Below, piece by piece: positions 9,304-18,134 of a stretch of 64,000 nt of DNA (position 1 is its first letter; the number at the start of each line of letters is the position of its first letter). The translations under genes and the position numbers were made by a program. The notes under the pieces were generated by a model. That model worked only from the letters and a program-made list of their open reading frames with translations. It ran no database searches and was not told the origin of the DNA. The stretch spans positions 32,001 to 96,000 of the IMG/VR virus record IMGVR_UViG_3300033074_001927. One strand, 5' to 3'. This DNA comes from a virus (taxonomy: Duplodnaviria > Caudoviricetes).

Positions 9304-10917
9304 CTATATATGTTCAATCTTATCTACAAGAAAGCTTACTCCGTCTTTTCTTCCAGACACAAGAACAACTTTTCCTGGCTCTATTATCCATGCGCATTTT
9401 GGATATGTAGACGCAAATACAACAGCTCCGTCCAAGAAATATGTTGAATCACTGAGCTTTAGAAAGCACATCCAGTTACCATTCTTGTCCTTTATAGTCC
9501 TAACATCCTCTATAAGAACTCCAAGTGTAGCTCTGGTCTTATTTGGCATCTTTAGAAAATCTCTACATGTTGTAGTTATTTTATCGCTACTGTATATATC
9601 TACCTCACTACCAGTAACAGTTAGGCCCAAGCAATATTTTTCATACGCAAGCGCCAACCTCTTTCTATTACTAACCCCCAATTCTTTAGCTATAGCATTT
9701 CTAAGCTCTTCAATTTTAACTTTCCTGTTTTTATTGGGTATTTTTGATTCTAAAAGAATGGCCACCCAATCATTCATTGGCCTGTCGATTAAATTAGACG
9801 ACAGTAAAAATTCAACCTCCCTATCAGTCAGAGCTCTCAAAAACCTATATCTTGCCAGTGTTCTTATTCTGTCGCTTACTATATTATCTATGCTGCCAGA
9901 CTTAATAAGTGCTTCAACTACATCTGTTTTTATTTTTACCTTGCCACCAAATATTGATGCAAACAGTTCTGCCTCGCTATTTATTCCCTTCAATTGCTTT
10001 ATTGATGGTAAAGCAGAAGCGCCAATGCCCTTTACGTGTATAATGCCAAAACGTAAACTATCTCCATCAAATGAGAAGTCTTCTGCTGGATTCAATATTG
10101 ATGGCGGAAGAACTTTTATTCCAAAAAGTTTAGCCTCATAAACTAGTTCTTTGATCTCCTCAAACTCATCTATTTTACTATCACTGTATGTCAGCATGCT
10201 CTTGAAAAATTCAACAGGTGCATGAACCTTTGCCCATGCTGTCTGATAGGCATTGAAGGCGTAGCTAACTCCGTGAGCTTTATTAAATGAATAACCGCTA
10301 AACTTGTCTATCCATGAAAATATTTCTTTTGCTATCTTCTCATCATTGTTTTGTTTCTTGGCGCCTTCTATAAAATCTTTTTCAACCTTAGCCATCAAAG
10401 CCGGTATTTTTTTACCAATAGCTCGCCTAACATCATCTGCCGCCTTTAGTGTGAAGCCGGCAAAATCCTTGCATATGTCCATTATTTGTTCTTGATAGAC
10501 AGGTACGCCGTATGTTTTAGACAGTATGGGCTCTAGGCTTTCATGTATATATTCCGGCTTTAGCGAACCGTCCTTGGCTCTGGCGTATGCATCAACAATT
10601 GTAAGTGTTTTCCCATTATCTGGATCTTCTCTATATTCGGCTTCTAAGCATCCAGGGCGTATAAGGCTGATAACGTCACTAAGCTCTTCTATCGTGCGCG
10701 GCTTCAGCCTTTTGCACCACTTCTTACCAAGCTGCTTCTCTAGCTGAAAAACGCCTTTTGTAAGTCCTTCGCCAATCATATCCCATGTACGAGGACAATC
10801 AAGAGATATGTCATCTATGCGAAGTGATCCATTTATTATGCAACCACACTCAAATGTTACCTTTTTGCGACCAGTGCTTAAAGCAGCGAGATTCGTACTT
10901 TTCTGCTCCACCAACAT
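9304..10917 (-). CDS. dnaE: DNA polymerase III alpha, C-terminal half (fingers, HhH, OB)
   Basis: GVFQLE, LIRPG, TYGVPVYQEQIM, ADDVRRAIGKK, FSGYSFNKAH, LRFGI..VKGIG, C-terminal OB fold. Confidence 0.93.
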   Translation of the reverse strand: MLVEQKSTNLAALSTGRKKVTFECGCIINGSLRIDDISLDCPRTWDMIGEGLTKGVFQLEKQLGKKWCKRLKPRTIEELSDVISLIRPGCLEAEYREDPDNGKTLTIVDAYARAKDGSLKPEYIHESLEPILSKTYGVPVYQEQIMDICKDFAGFTLKAADDVRRAIGKKIPALMAKVEKDFIEGAKKQNNDEKIAKEIFSWIDKFSGYSFNKAHGVSYAFNAYQTAWAKVHAPVEFFKSMLTYSDSKIDEFEEIKELVYEAKLFGIKVLPPSILNPAEDFSFDGDSLRFGIIHVKGIGASALPSIKQLKGINSEAELFASIFGGKVKIKTDVVEALIKSGSIDNIVSDRIRTLARYRFLRALTDREVEFLLSSNLIDRPMNDWVAILLESKIPNKNRKVKIEELRNAIAKELGVSNRKRLALAYEKYCLGLTVTGSEVDIYSSDKITTTCRDFLKMPNKTRATLGVLIEDVRTIKDKNGNWMCFLKLSDSTYFLDGAVVFASTYPKCAWIIEPGKVVLVSGRKDGVSFLVDKIEHI

Positions 10918-11419
10918 CTATCTGTGACTCCATTTTTATCTTTGAGTAAGTTCTTGTTGCGGAATTTAGCTCTCTACACTCGCTGCATACGGCCTTTAAA
11001 CAGATCACCTCGTCTGCTATAGCCATAATATATGGCATACTCCCAAATGGCTTTCCATTTGCGTCGCATGACAGTCCGGCCACAAAAACCCTTCTTCCAT
11101 GAACATATAGAAGAGAATATATTGCCGCCTCTATGCTCGGCGCAAAAAATTGCGTCTCGTCTATCAGTACGGCATCTATATTGTCTTCGTGTACAGCGTA
11201 TACATAGTCTAAAATTTTCAGCGGCCCATCTGTCGGAATAGTGACGCACGCTATTGACTCTCCGCTATGAGCAACTATTCTACTTTCTAAACCATACCTA
11301 TTATCTATGGATGGCTTAAATAGCATTATTTTTTTCTTTGCAACAAGAAGAGAATTGGCCGCCGCTATTAGCGCAGAAGATTTCCCCGAGTACATCGGGC
11401 CAACTATTGCTGTAAGCAT
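10850..11419 (-). CDS. tdk: Thymidine kinase
   Basis: GPMYSGKS, KPSIDNRY, IDETQFF, CSEC...VGGAEKYESRCFKH. Confidence 0.96.
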   Translation of the reverse strand: MLTAIVGPMYSGKSSALIAAANSLLVAKKKIMLFKPSIDNRYGLESRIVAHSGESIACVTIPTDGPLKILDYVYAVHEDNIDAVLIDETQFFAPSIEAAIYSLLYVHGRRVFVAGLSCDANGKPFGSMPYIMAIADEVICLKAVCSECRELNSATRTYSKIKMESQIDVGGAEKYESRCFKHWSQKGNI

Positions 11420-11637
11420 TACTTGCCACCAAGTAAGTCTTTTCCAGTTTTATTTCTGTACCACTTCCCAAGCGTTTCCCTTTCTATAACAAAAGAGCTC
11501 GACGCTCCGATAATCCTCCTAGAATCACCGCCGCAATCACATATTACAGCAATGGTGGGGTCAAAGGAAATTGGAAGAGTTCTTTCGAGCCTTTTACCAC
11601 ACTCTCTTGCTGTGCATTTATATATGTAGTTTGGCAT
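11419..11637 (-). CDS. FmdB-family zinc-ribbon protein
   Basis: MPNYIYKC..ECG...CDCGG. Confidence 0.8.
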   Translation of the reverse strand: MPNYIYKCTARECGKRLERTLPISFDPTIAVICDCGGDSRRIIGASSSFVIERETLGKWYRNKTGKDLLGGK

Positions 11638-11842
11638 CCTTAGCCTCCATAATTAGGTGGTATGGCGGAGCCTCCGCCGCACCGTCAAGATCATCCCACC
11701 TATATGTTGTAGTATGAATAATTGAACCGTTATATAGCCAGTCTCTTGTAAAGAGCACGCTACCATTTATTACGCGCGATGTTTCGTTCATTTTAACGTC
11801 CGGTACTACCAAAGCCGCCTTCCCCCCTATCTGTTTTTTCAA
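11618..11842 (-). CDS. Hypothetical protein
   Basis: Fills the gap in the operon and overlaps both neighbours. Confidence 0.5.
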   Translation of the reverse strand: MKKQIGGKAALVVPDVKMNETSRVINGSVLFTRDWLYNGSIIHTTTYRWDDLDGAAEAPPYHLIMEAKDAKLHI

Positions 11843-12494
11843 GCTCTGCGCCTTCTACGAAATCACACGAGTCAACACGAGAAAATACGGCTTGAGCTAT
11901 CCTATCTCCCACATTGACAACAAATGTTTCCTTTCCAAAATTATGTAATATTACTTTCCATTCACCCCTATATCCGCTATCTATCGTTCCAGGGGAATTG
12001 AGTACTGATACCGAGTGCTTTGCCGCCAAAGACGACCTTGACCTAATTTGAAACTCAAATCCTTCTGGGATGTTTGCCGCAAAGCCTAATGACACTAGAC
12101 GAGTCTCTCCTGCGGGTATTTCTAATGCCTGAACGCTATATAGGTCTAGGCCTGCATCCGTACTGTGCGCATATGTCGGAAGTCTTGCGCTCTCGTGTAG
12201 GCGCACAAAACCAACCGGCCTTTTGCTTCTGTCTGTAAATGTCATTCCTATTAGACCCTCCTCATATAATCTCAATAGACCAAAACCAAGTTCTTTTTCT
12301 GTTGGCATCTCATACGAGGTTCTGTTGTTTTCTACAAAGTGCTTTATTCTTCCTGCAATCTGATGTAATGTTAGATAGTCATCTCCTATTAGATTTCTCC
12401 ACAGTCCATACTGAGATGTTCTACATAAAACGTCCTGTACAAAAGTTACGTCTTTTTTGTCTACGTCTATTTTATAAAACCTATTCTTGCTCAT
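11793..12494 (-). CDS. dut: Trimeric dUTPase with ~90-aa N-terminal extension
   Basis: AGLDL, RSSLA, GTIDSGYRGE, GDRIAQ, RGEGGFGSTG (all five motifs). Confidence 0.95.
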   Translation of the reverse strand: MSKNRFYKIDVDKKDVTFVQDVLCRTSQYGLWRNLIGDDYLTLHQIAGRIKHFVENNRTSYEMPTEKELGFGLLRLYEEGLIGMTFTDRSKRPVGFVRLHESARLPTYAHSTDAGLDLYSVQALEIPAGETRLVSLGFAANIPEGFEFQIRSRSSLAAKHSVSVLNSPGTIDSGYRGEWKVILHNFGKETFVVNVGDRIAQAVFSRVDSCDFVEGAELEKTDRGEGGFGSTGR

Positions 12495-14367
12495 CTAGTC
12501 CATTCCTCTTATTAAAGTCTTTTTCAATCAAGGCTAGCACGTCAAGAGTCTTAAGACCAAGAACGTCGGCTTTCAGGTATCCCATCTTGTCCATCGTGTT
12601 GCCATCCCATTCAGTAATCAATTCTTTTTTCTTTGCATCCCATCTAAGTGGTACCGATCCTGTAGAGAAGTCTTCATCGCTTATAATTATGCCGGCAGCA
12701 TGTTTTCCAGAGCTTTTTGGACATCCTTCTAGCTTTTTCGCTATACTGAACAGATCTGGATTTTTGTTTTCATATTCCTTTAGTTTTTCACTTCTATCTA
12801 CGGCATCCTGTAGATTCTTTGGCTTATCTGGAACTAGCCGAGTCATTACGTTGGCGTCTGCGTGTGGCATACCTCTCTTTCCAAGAACCTTTGATGTATC
12901 CTTAAGTGCAGCCTTTGGTTTTAGGCCATTAAACGTGACCATTTGCGCAACTCTGTTTTCACCAAACCTTCTTTTTATATATGCAACAACCTCATCTCGC
13001 CTATCCATAGAAAAATCCATGTCTATGTCGGCCAAAGATCCAGCACGACCAACATTGTAGAATCTTTCCCAAATTAGTCCATACTTCATTGGATCTATTT
13101 TTGTTATGCCTAAGCAGTAAGAAACAAGACTTCCGGCAGCACTGCCACGACCAGGACCAGACGGTATCCCCTTTGATTTTGCCCAAGCAACAATATCCCA
13201 TACTATGAGGAAGTAATCTGCAAGTCTAGCAAACTTTATGTCACCGAGCTCTTTCGCTATTCTTTCCCTGTGTTCTGCTGGTGCGTCAAACACGTCTATT
13301 CCATAGATTTTCTTATATCCATCATGGACTAGTTGAACTAAATAATTAAACGAAGTAAGATCCTCTACTGTTCCTTCTGCCTGCTCTTGATGGTGTGTAC
13401 AAGAATCTTTTGTTGCACATCCAAGACTATATTCTGGAACAAATTCATACTTCGGCAAATGCATTTTATTTTCTATCTTAACGTCTCCTATGCGATCGGC
13501 GATTTCTAGTGTAATATCTAGTTCTTGCTCAGTAAGAGTTGTCTTTCTCTTCTCTCCACCTTCTGTTGTAAGCTCCTCTTTGAGGATGTGCTCAAAATCC
13601 TTCAACCAATATTCTCTTGTTGAATAGTATGGTCTAAATTCCTTACCTTTCCCATATCCTATTGGCGTATCAAGACTGTGTTTTGTTCTAATTGCCCACA
13701 ATGCTTCATGAGCTACGACGTCGTTTCTATCTATGTAATGAGCATCCTGACATCCCACGACCTTTATGTCTAACGATTTACCTAGCGCCCTCATTGCAGA
13801 ATTGATCCCTGGCTGTATGTTTAGCCCGCCATCCTGGGTTTCAAGATACAGCCTATCTCCAAATATAGATTGGAGTATTTTAGCATGCCTTGCCGCTTCG
13901 TCATATTTCTCTATTGAGAGATTATATGGAACAATGCCCTTAAGGCATGCCGTCAAGCAAATAAGTCCATTGCCATGCTCTTTAAGATCGTTATAATCTA
14001 TTCGAGGATTGAAATAGAATTTTTCATTTGCCTTTGTGTTAAGAAGCTTTATGTTGGTCCATCCCTCATCATTCATTGCCATCAGTATTAGGTGGTATGG
14101 ATTACGTTTTTCTTCTCCTGCGGCCGCCAATCTTTTGTGCTCTGCAGCATCTGGAACCATATAAAATTCAGAAGCAAGTATTGGCTTAATCCCCTTCTTT
14201 TTGCAAGCGTTGTAAAATTCAGGAACCCCAGCTATTGTTCCATGATCTGTTAATGCAGCCGCCTTGTGACCATATTGAGAAAGTCTGTCAACTATCTCAT
14301 CTATTTTTGACACGGCATCAAGTATAGAAAAGCTTGAATGCATATGTAGGTGCGCCATTTTACTCAT
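12481..14367 (-). CDS. dnaE: DNA polymerase III alpha, N-terminal half (PHP and catalytic palm)
   Basis: HLHMHSSFSILD, ALTDHG, DAHY, GPGRGSAAGSLVSY, ERF, ADIDMD, HAAGIII, KADVLGL. Confidence 0.95.
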   Translation of the reverse strand: MSKMAHLHMHSSFSILDAVSKIDEIVDRLSQYGHKAAALTDHGTIAGVPEFYNACKKKGIKPILASEFYMVPDAAEHKRLAAAGEEKRNPYHLILMAMNDEGWTNIKLLNTKANEKFYFNPRIDYNDLKEHGNGLICLTACLKGIVPYNLSIEKYDEAARHAKILQSIFGDRLYLETQDGGLNIQPGINSAMRALGKSLDIKVVGCQDAHYIDRNDVVAHEALWAIRTKHSLDTPIGYGKGKEFRPYYSTREYWLKDFEHILKEELTTEGGEKRKTTLTEQELDITLEIADRIGDVKIENKMHLPKYEFVPEYSLGCATKDSCTHHQEQAEGTVEDLTSFNYLVQLVHDGYKKIYGIDVFDAPAEHRERIAKELGDIKFARLADYFLIVWDIVAWAKSKGIPSGPGRGSAAGSLVSYCLGITKIDPMKYGLIWERFYNVGRAGSLADIDMDFSMDRRDEVVAYIKRRFGENRVAQMVTFNGLKPKAALKDTSKVLGKRGMPHADANVMTRLVPDKPKNLQDAVDRSEKLKEYENKNPDLFSIAKKLEGCPKSSGKHAAGIIISDEDFSTGSVPLRWDAKKKELITEWDGNTMDKMGYLKADVLGLKTLDVLALIEKDFNKRNGLDEQE

Positions 14368-15286
14368 TTTCTTCTATCGCCTTTTCTTCTGCAGTTACTG
14401 GCGGCGGCATAATAAACCTGCCACCATCATCTACGTAATTGTTCCTAATTTTGCCACACTCTTCATATCCTACGCAAAATCTACATAGCCAACTTTTATT
14501 CCTTGACGGATTCGTGTCCTCTAGTATTTTTTTGTAAGCTCTAATTAAAAATTCTCTAGTGTCTGCGTCTTGCTTTGGCCCAAACGCAACTGAAACTGGA
14601 GAGTATTTTAGATAATCAAGTGTCATGATAGCATATTTGTATTGAGGAAATATTGACTTAACTATAAGACTATATATCCTCATTTGCAAATCTACTTTTG
14701 CTTCATCCTCGTTTTTGCTTCGACCAGTCTTGTAATCTATTACTTCGACAGTCTCTTCATCTATTTCAATAATTAGATCTATAAATCCAACAGCCTTAAA
14801 TCCTTCTATTTCAAAATCAAATGGAACCTCTGCTCCAACAATTTTTTTACTAAGCGGACTGTCTTCTCTATATATGGCATACTTGACAAGCTTAAGGTCT
14901 TCTTCAAAATTTGGCCTTGGACATCCATCAAATGACTTTATATCTCTTTTTGCTATAGAGCATATTGTTTCTTTGCCGGCACTTACGGCCCATTTACATC
15001 CATTGCAGCTCTTTTCTACAGGATGTATGTATCCGGCCTTTCTATCGTCGGCTTCCCAAACCTTGTTATCTGCGTAAAAGTCCTTAAGAACACTCTCGTA
15101 GTCTTCTCCACCTACATGCTTTTCTAAAGCCTCATGCACAGCCGATCCCTTAAGGGCGCTTATTCCGCTCTTATTTAGCTCTGGCAGTTTTAGGTGGTAT
15201 TGCAAAAAATACTTAAATGGACATGCTATATAGGTATTAAGTCTTGATGCACTTAAATAACTTATTTTCATTTCATACTCTTCCAC
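14360..15286 (-). CDS. PD-(D/E)XK exonuclease, Cas4/RecB-like with Fe-S ligands
   Basis: LSASRLNTYIACP, GSAVH, GFIDL...IDYKTG, Q..IY, CRFC.....C. Confidence 0.88.
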   Translation of the reverse strand: MEEYEMKISYLSASRLNTYIACPFKYFLQYHLKLPELNKSGISALKGSAVHEALEKHVGGEDYESVLKDFYADNKVWEADDRKAGYIHPVEKSCNGCKWAVSAGKETICSIAKRDIKSFDGCPRPNFEEDLKLVKYAIYREDSPLSKKIVGAEVPFDFEIEGFKAVGFIDLIIEIDEETVEVIDYKTGRSKNEDEAKVDLQMRIYSLIVKSIFPQYKYAIMTLDYLKYSPVSVAFGPKQDADTREFLIRAYKKILEDTNPSRNKSWLCRFCVGYEECGKIRNNYVDDGGRFIMPPPVTAEEKAIEENE

Positions 15287-16188
15287 GGAACAGGTAGCGA
15301 GAGTATGGCAAGTTTTGCCTCAAGCTCTTCTCGCTCTCTATTTCTTTTAAGGTTGCCATTCTTGTCTCTTTGCAGCCAGCCAAAGTCTGTTGCCAAATTT
15401 ATTGCGCCGGTCCCAGTAACGCCTATTGCGGCTATTATTTGGGCCTCCAGCCTAGATAGTGAAATGGAATCTAGCCTATAATCCTTAAAGGCATCCCAAG
15501 TCATTGGCACCCAATGCGCAACGATCTTTTCTCCTATCGTTGTTGCATAGTCCCTAATTTCCTGTTGTGCATGCGGATCCATCCTAAGTCTTAGGAAATG
15601 CAGCAAGTTGTGGAGATCAATCTTCCAGTACGCTTCGGTATAAGTAGACAGCGGCAAAATCTTTCTGGCCTGCTCTCTAGCTATGCCAAGTTCTAGCATT
15701 TTCTTGTATATGTCATGCGTTTTTTGATTGTGCACGGCCTCTGCAAGACTTATGTCCTCTCCCGTATCTGTATCAAGATAACCATCACTTCCTTGCTTAT
15801 TGTCTTTTGCCTGCAGTCTCCATTCTGATGGTCCAGTTATTTGCCACGACTCATCTACAACAGAATATCTGGTGCTGACTTCGTTTATTTTTGCTGTGCG
15901 ATGCCTTACCCACTGCCTCCAGCAGTCCATAGGAGCCCTTATATGCAACTTAATGCTGCACATTTCTAACGGAGACGTATGATAATTTCTTACGAGATAT
16001 CTTATCAATGACTTGTCTTCACTAACCTTTTTGGTTCCACCACCATACGAAACCCTTGCGGCCTGGACGATAGAAGAGTCGCTTCCCATATAGTCAACAA
16101 CCCTAACAAAGCCATCATCTAATACCTTAAATTTTTCTCCAATAATAGAATCTAGGAATGTGCTTTTAAATCTTTCTAATTCTGACAT
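15268..16188 (-). CDS. thyX: Flavin-dependent thymidylate synthase
   Basis: AARVSY, HTSPLE, RQWVRHR...NEVSTRY, AREQAR, NLLHFLRLR...AQQEIR. Confidence 0.96.
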   Translation of the reverse strand: MSELERFKSTFLDSIIGEKFKVLDDGFVRVVDYMGSDSSIVQAARVSYGGGTKKVSEDKSLIRYLVRNYHTSPLEMCSIKLHIRAPMDCWRQWVRHRTAKINEVSTRYSVVDESWQITGPSEWRLQAKDNKQGSDGYLDTDTGEDISLAEAVHNQKTHDIYKKMLELGIAREQARKILPLSTYTEAYWKIDLHNLLHFLRLRMDPHAQQEIRDYATTIGEKIVAHWVPMTWDAFKDYRLDSISLSRLEAQIIAAIGVTGTGAINLATDFGWLQRDKNGNLKRNREREELEAKLAILSLPVPWKSMK

Positions 16189-16607
16189 TATACCTTCTTT
16201 CTAAAAGAAAGCCAATTTTCTTGAGATCCATCATAGTCGGGACAAAGATCGTTCATTGCCGCTGGCAACTTGTTGTTCGCCATCATCTCTTCATAATGAA
16301 CGATAAACATCGCATTGCACAAGATTGCTGCAAGATGATCTTCCGTTCTGTCTCCACCCAGATACATAAATGAATGCCTAAGAAGACTGTCAAAAGTCCT
16401 TCCAATAGGCATGCCTTTTTTCCAGTTATGGGCATCATATTTTAGCGCACCCTTTTCTAGATGTAGCGCTAGTCTCCTCATTGCTATTGGGCTTATAAGA
16501 TCATAGCGACCCTTTCCGTCCTGCACATCTCTAACAGCGCCAGTTTCAAACTGATCTCTTTTCCCGCTATCTTTCAATGGTTTACTGTCTATAGAATTAG
16601 AATCCAT
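16188..16607 (-). CDS. DUF5664-family dATP/dGTP diphosphohydrolase-like protein
   Basis: FETGAVRD..DGKGRYDLI, GALKY..HNWKKG, SLLRH, EDHLAAILCN. Confidence 0.8.
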   Translation of the reverse strand: MDSNSIDSKPLKDSGKRDQFETGAVRDVQDGKGRYDLISPIAMRRLALHLEKGALKYDAHNWKKGMPIGRTFDSLLRHSFMYLGGDRTEDHLAAILCNAMFIVHYEEMMANNKLPAAMNDLCPDYDGSQENWLSFRKKV

Positions 16608-17148
16608 TACATTCTCCCAGGTGTTTTACTCTTAAATAATCTCCACGAACATGTCTATTGTATTTCCAATCTATCATGATGAGTGGGCATCTTGTATTAA
16701 GCAACACGTCCTCAGCGACGTACGGAGAGTCATCTATATGATAGATAGGCCTTATTATATTTAGGTGCTTACTCTTTTTTGTTGACGTAAATATAAGTGT
16801 AGGATTTTCAAAACCAGCCAATTCTAGTGCGTCTATACTTTGAGCGTATGCTTCTAATGGTCTTTTCGACAAAAAGATTAGGTTGTATTTTTCTGACAAA
16901 GACCTTAATACTTTTACATTTTTTTTCATTACCGGCGTATCTCTATATTTTTCTGCTTTAGTATACGCATCAAACTCTATTTCAAACATATCTTTTGATA
17001 AGATGTCTGGGTATTGTTTCCACCAGTAATACTCTTCTATTTTTAGGTAATCCAATCCAAGATCATACGCAATATTTAAATGATCACAAAAATGTGAAAC
17101 AAAATCAAACATAACTCCGTCGAGATCGACCGAAATACTCTTTCTCAT
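16597..17148 (-). CDS. HAD-family 5'(3')-deoxyribonucleotidase
   Basis: ISVDLDGV, HIDDSP, WKYN. Confidence 0.8.
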   Translation of the reverse strand: MRKSISVDLDGVMFDFVSHFCDHLNIAYDLGLDYLKIEEYYWWKQYPDILSKDMFEIEFDAYTKAEKYRDTPVMKKNVKVLRSLSEKYNLIFLSKRPLEAYAQSIDALELAGFENPTLIFTSTKKSKHLNIIRPIYHIDDSPYVAEDVLLNTRCPLIMIDWKYNRHVRGDYLRVKHLGECNGF

Positions 17149-18134
17149 TATGCACCGCCAAACGCAGATAGAATAAGCTCTTTGCTCGCATCTCCTACAT
17201 CTTTTACGCCTTCGACATTTACGGTTTTTACTCTAAAAAACGAAGAAAGTAAAGATTTTGCCTTTTCAGCTCCAGTCTTTCCGGCTATATCGTTGTCTAG
17301 TGACAACACAACGTCTGTTGCGCACGCAGTCATTAGTATAGTTACCTGTCTATTTGACAGCTCCCTGCCCATTAAGGCTACACTATTATGAATGCCTGCC
17401 TCTTCAAGCCTTAAAACATCAAATGGCCCTTCTACCAGAATTGCAGTTCCACTATCTTGAATGTAAGATGATGCTCTATCTATATTAAATAGATTTTGAG
17501 ATTTCACAAACCCCTTGCTGTGTTCCCATTTGCTTACGCCCCTTTCCTTCCAATCTTCAAAAAGCGTTCTTCCAGAGAACCCAACTAAGCACCCTTCTAT
17601 ATTCCTTATAGGAATAATTAGCCTATTTGACATTTTGCCATATTTTGAATTTGATACGCCTATCTGATAGTCTTCAACTATTTTGCGACTAAAACCTCTA
17701 GTCTCGAGGTATGGGTGATACACAAGTCTGTCCAGCAAGCTCTCATCATATGTAACCGGCTCGCGCTCTTGTTTACTAAGCCACTTCTTGTTCTCTTCAA
17801 CAGATATGGAAGTTTTTGTCACTACTATGTTTTTGCGACTTAATATTTTTTCTACGACACCTACCGCAGTCAGAAAGTCGCATTTTCTGACTCCTCTGAC
17901 AAGACCAAACACATCTATGCCCCACTTATCCTGACAGCTTTTCGTAAAGCACCTGTAGATACCCATCTGAAGGTGCCAGCTAAATGCTCCGTCGTTATTC
18001 CCATCGTGTATTGGGCACCTTCCAACAATATATTGGTATCTTTCACTATACTGTATGTCTAGTGCTTCCAAAATAAGACATATGTTTTCGTTTGCTGTGG
18101 ATTTTATGGCGGCTATTTGTATTTTGGTATACAT
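17148..18134 (-). CDS. dnaG: DNA primase
   Basis: CHC2 zinc finger CPIH...CFTKSC, VGFSGR, TOPRIM VEGPFD...LDND. Confidence 0.93.
   Translation of the reverse strand: MYTKIQIAAIKSTANENICLILEALDIQYSERYQYIVGRCPIHDGNNDGAFSWHLQMGIYRCFTKSCQDKWGIDVFGLVRGVRKCDFLTAVGVVEKILSRKNIVVTKTSISVEENKKWLSKQEREPVTYDESLLDRLVYHPYLETRGFSRKIVEDYQIGVSNSKYGKMSNRLIIPIRNIEGCLVGFSGRTLFEDWKERGVSKWEHSKGFVKSQNLFNIDRASSYIQDSGTAILVEGPFDVLRLEEAGIHNSVALMGRELSNRQVTILMTACATDVVLSLDNDIAGKTGAEKAKSLLSSFFRVKTVNVEGVKDVGDASKELILSAFGGA

Noticed and set aside
9304-14367. Split intein joining the DnaE halves
   Set aside because: No intein block A/B at the end of the N-half and no HN-C/S/T junction at the start of the C-half.
14360-15286. 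CRISPR-Cas system suggested by the Cas4-like gene
   Set aside because: No repeat-spacer array or other cas genes were seen; stand-alone Cas4-like nucleases are common in phage replication modules.
16188-16607. 2-aminoadenine (Z) genome pathway
   Set aside because: DUF5664 alone is insufficient; no PurZ or HD-family dATPase is visible here.
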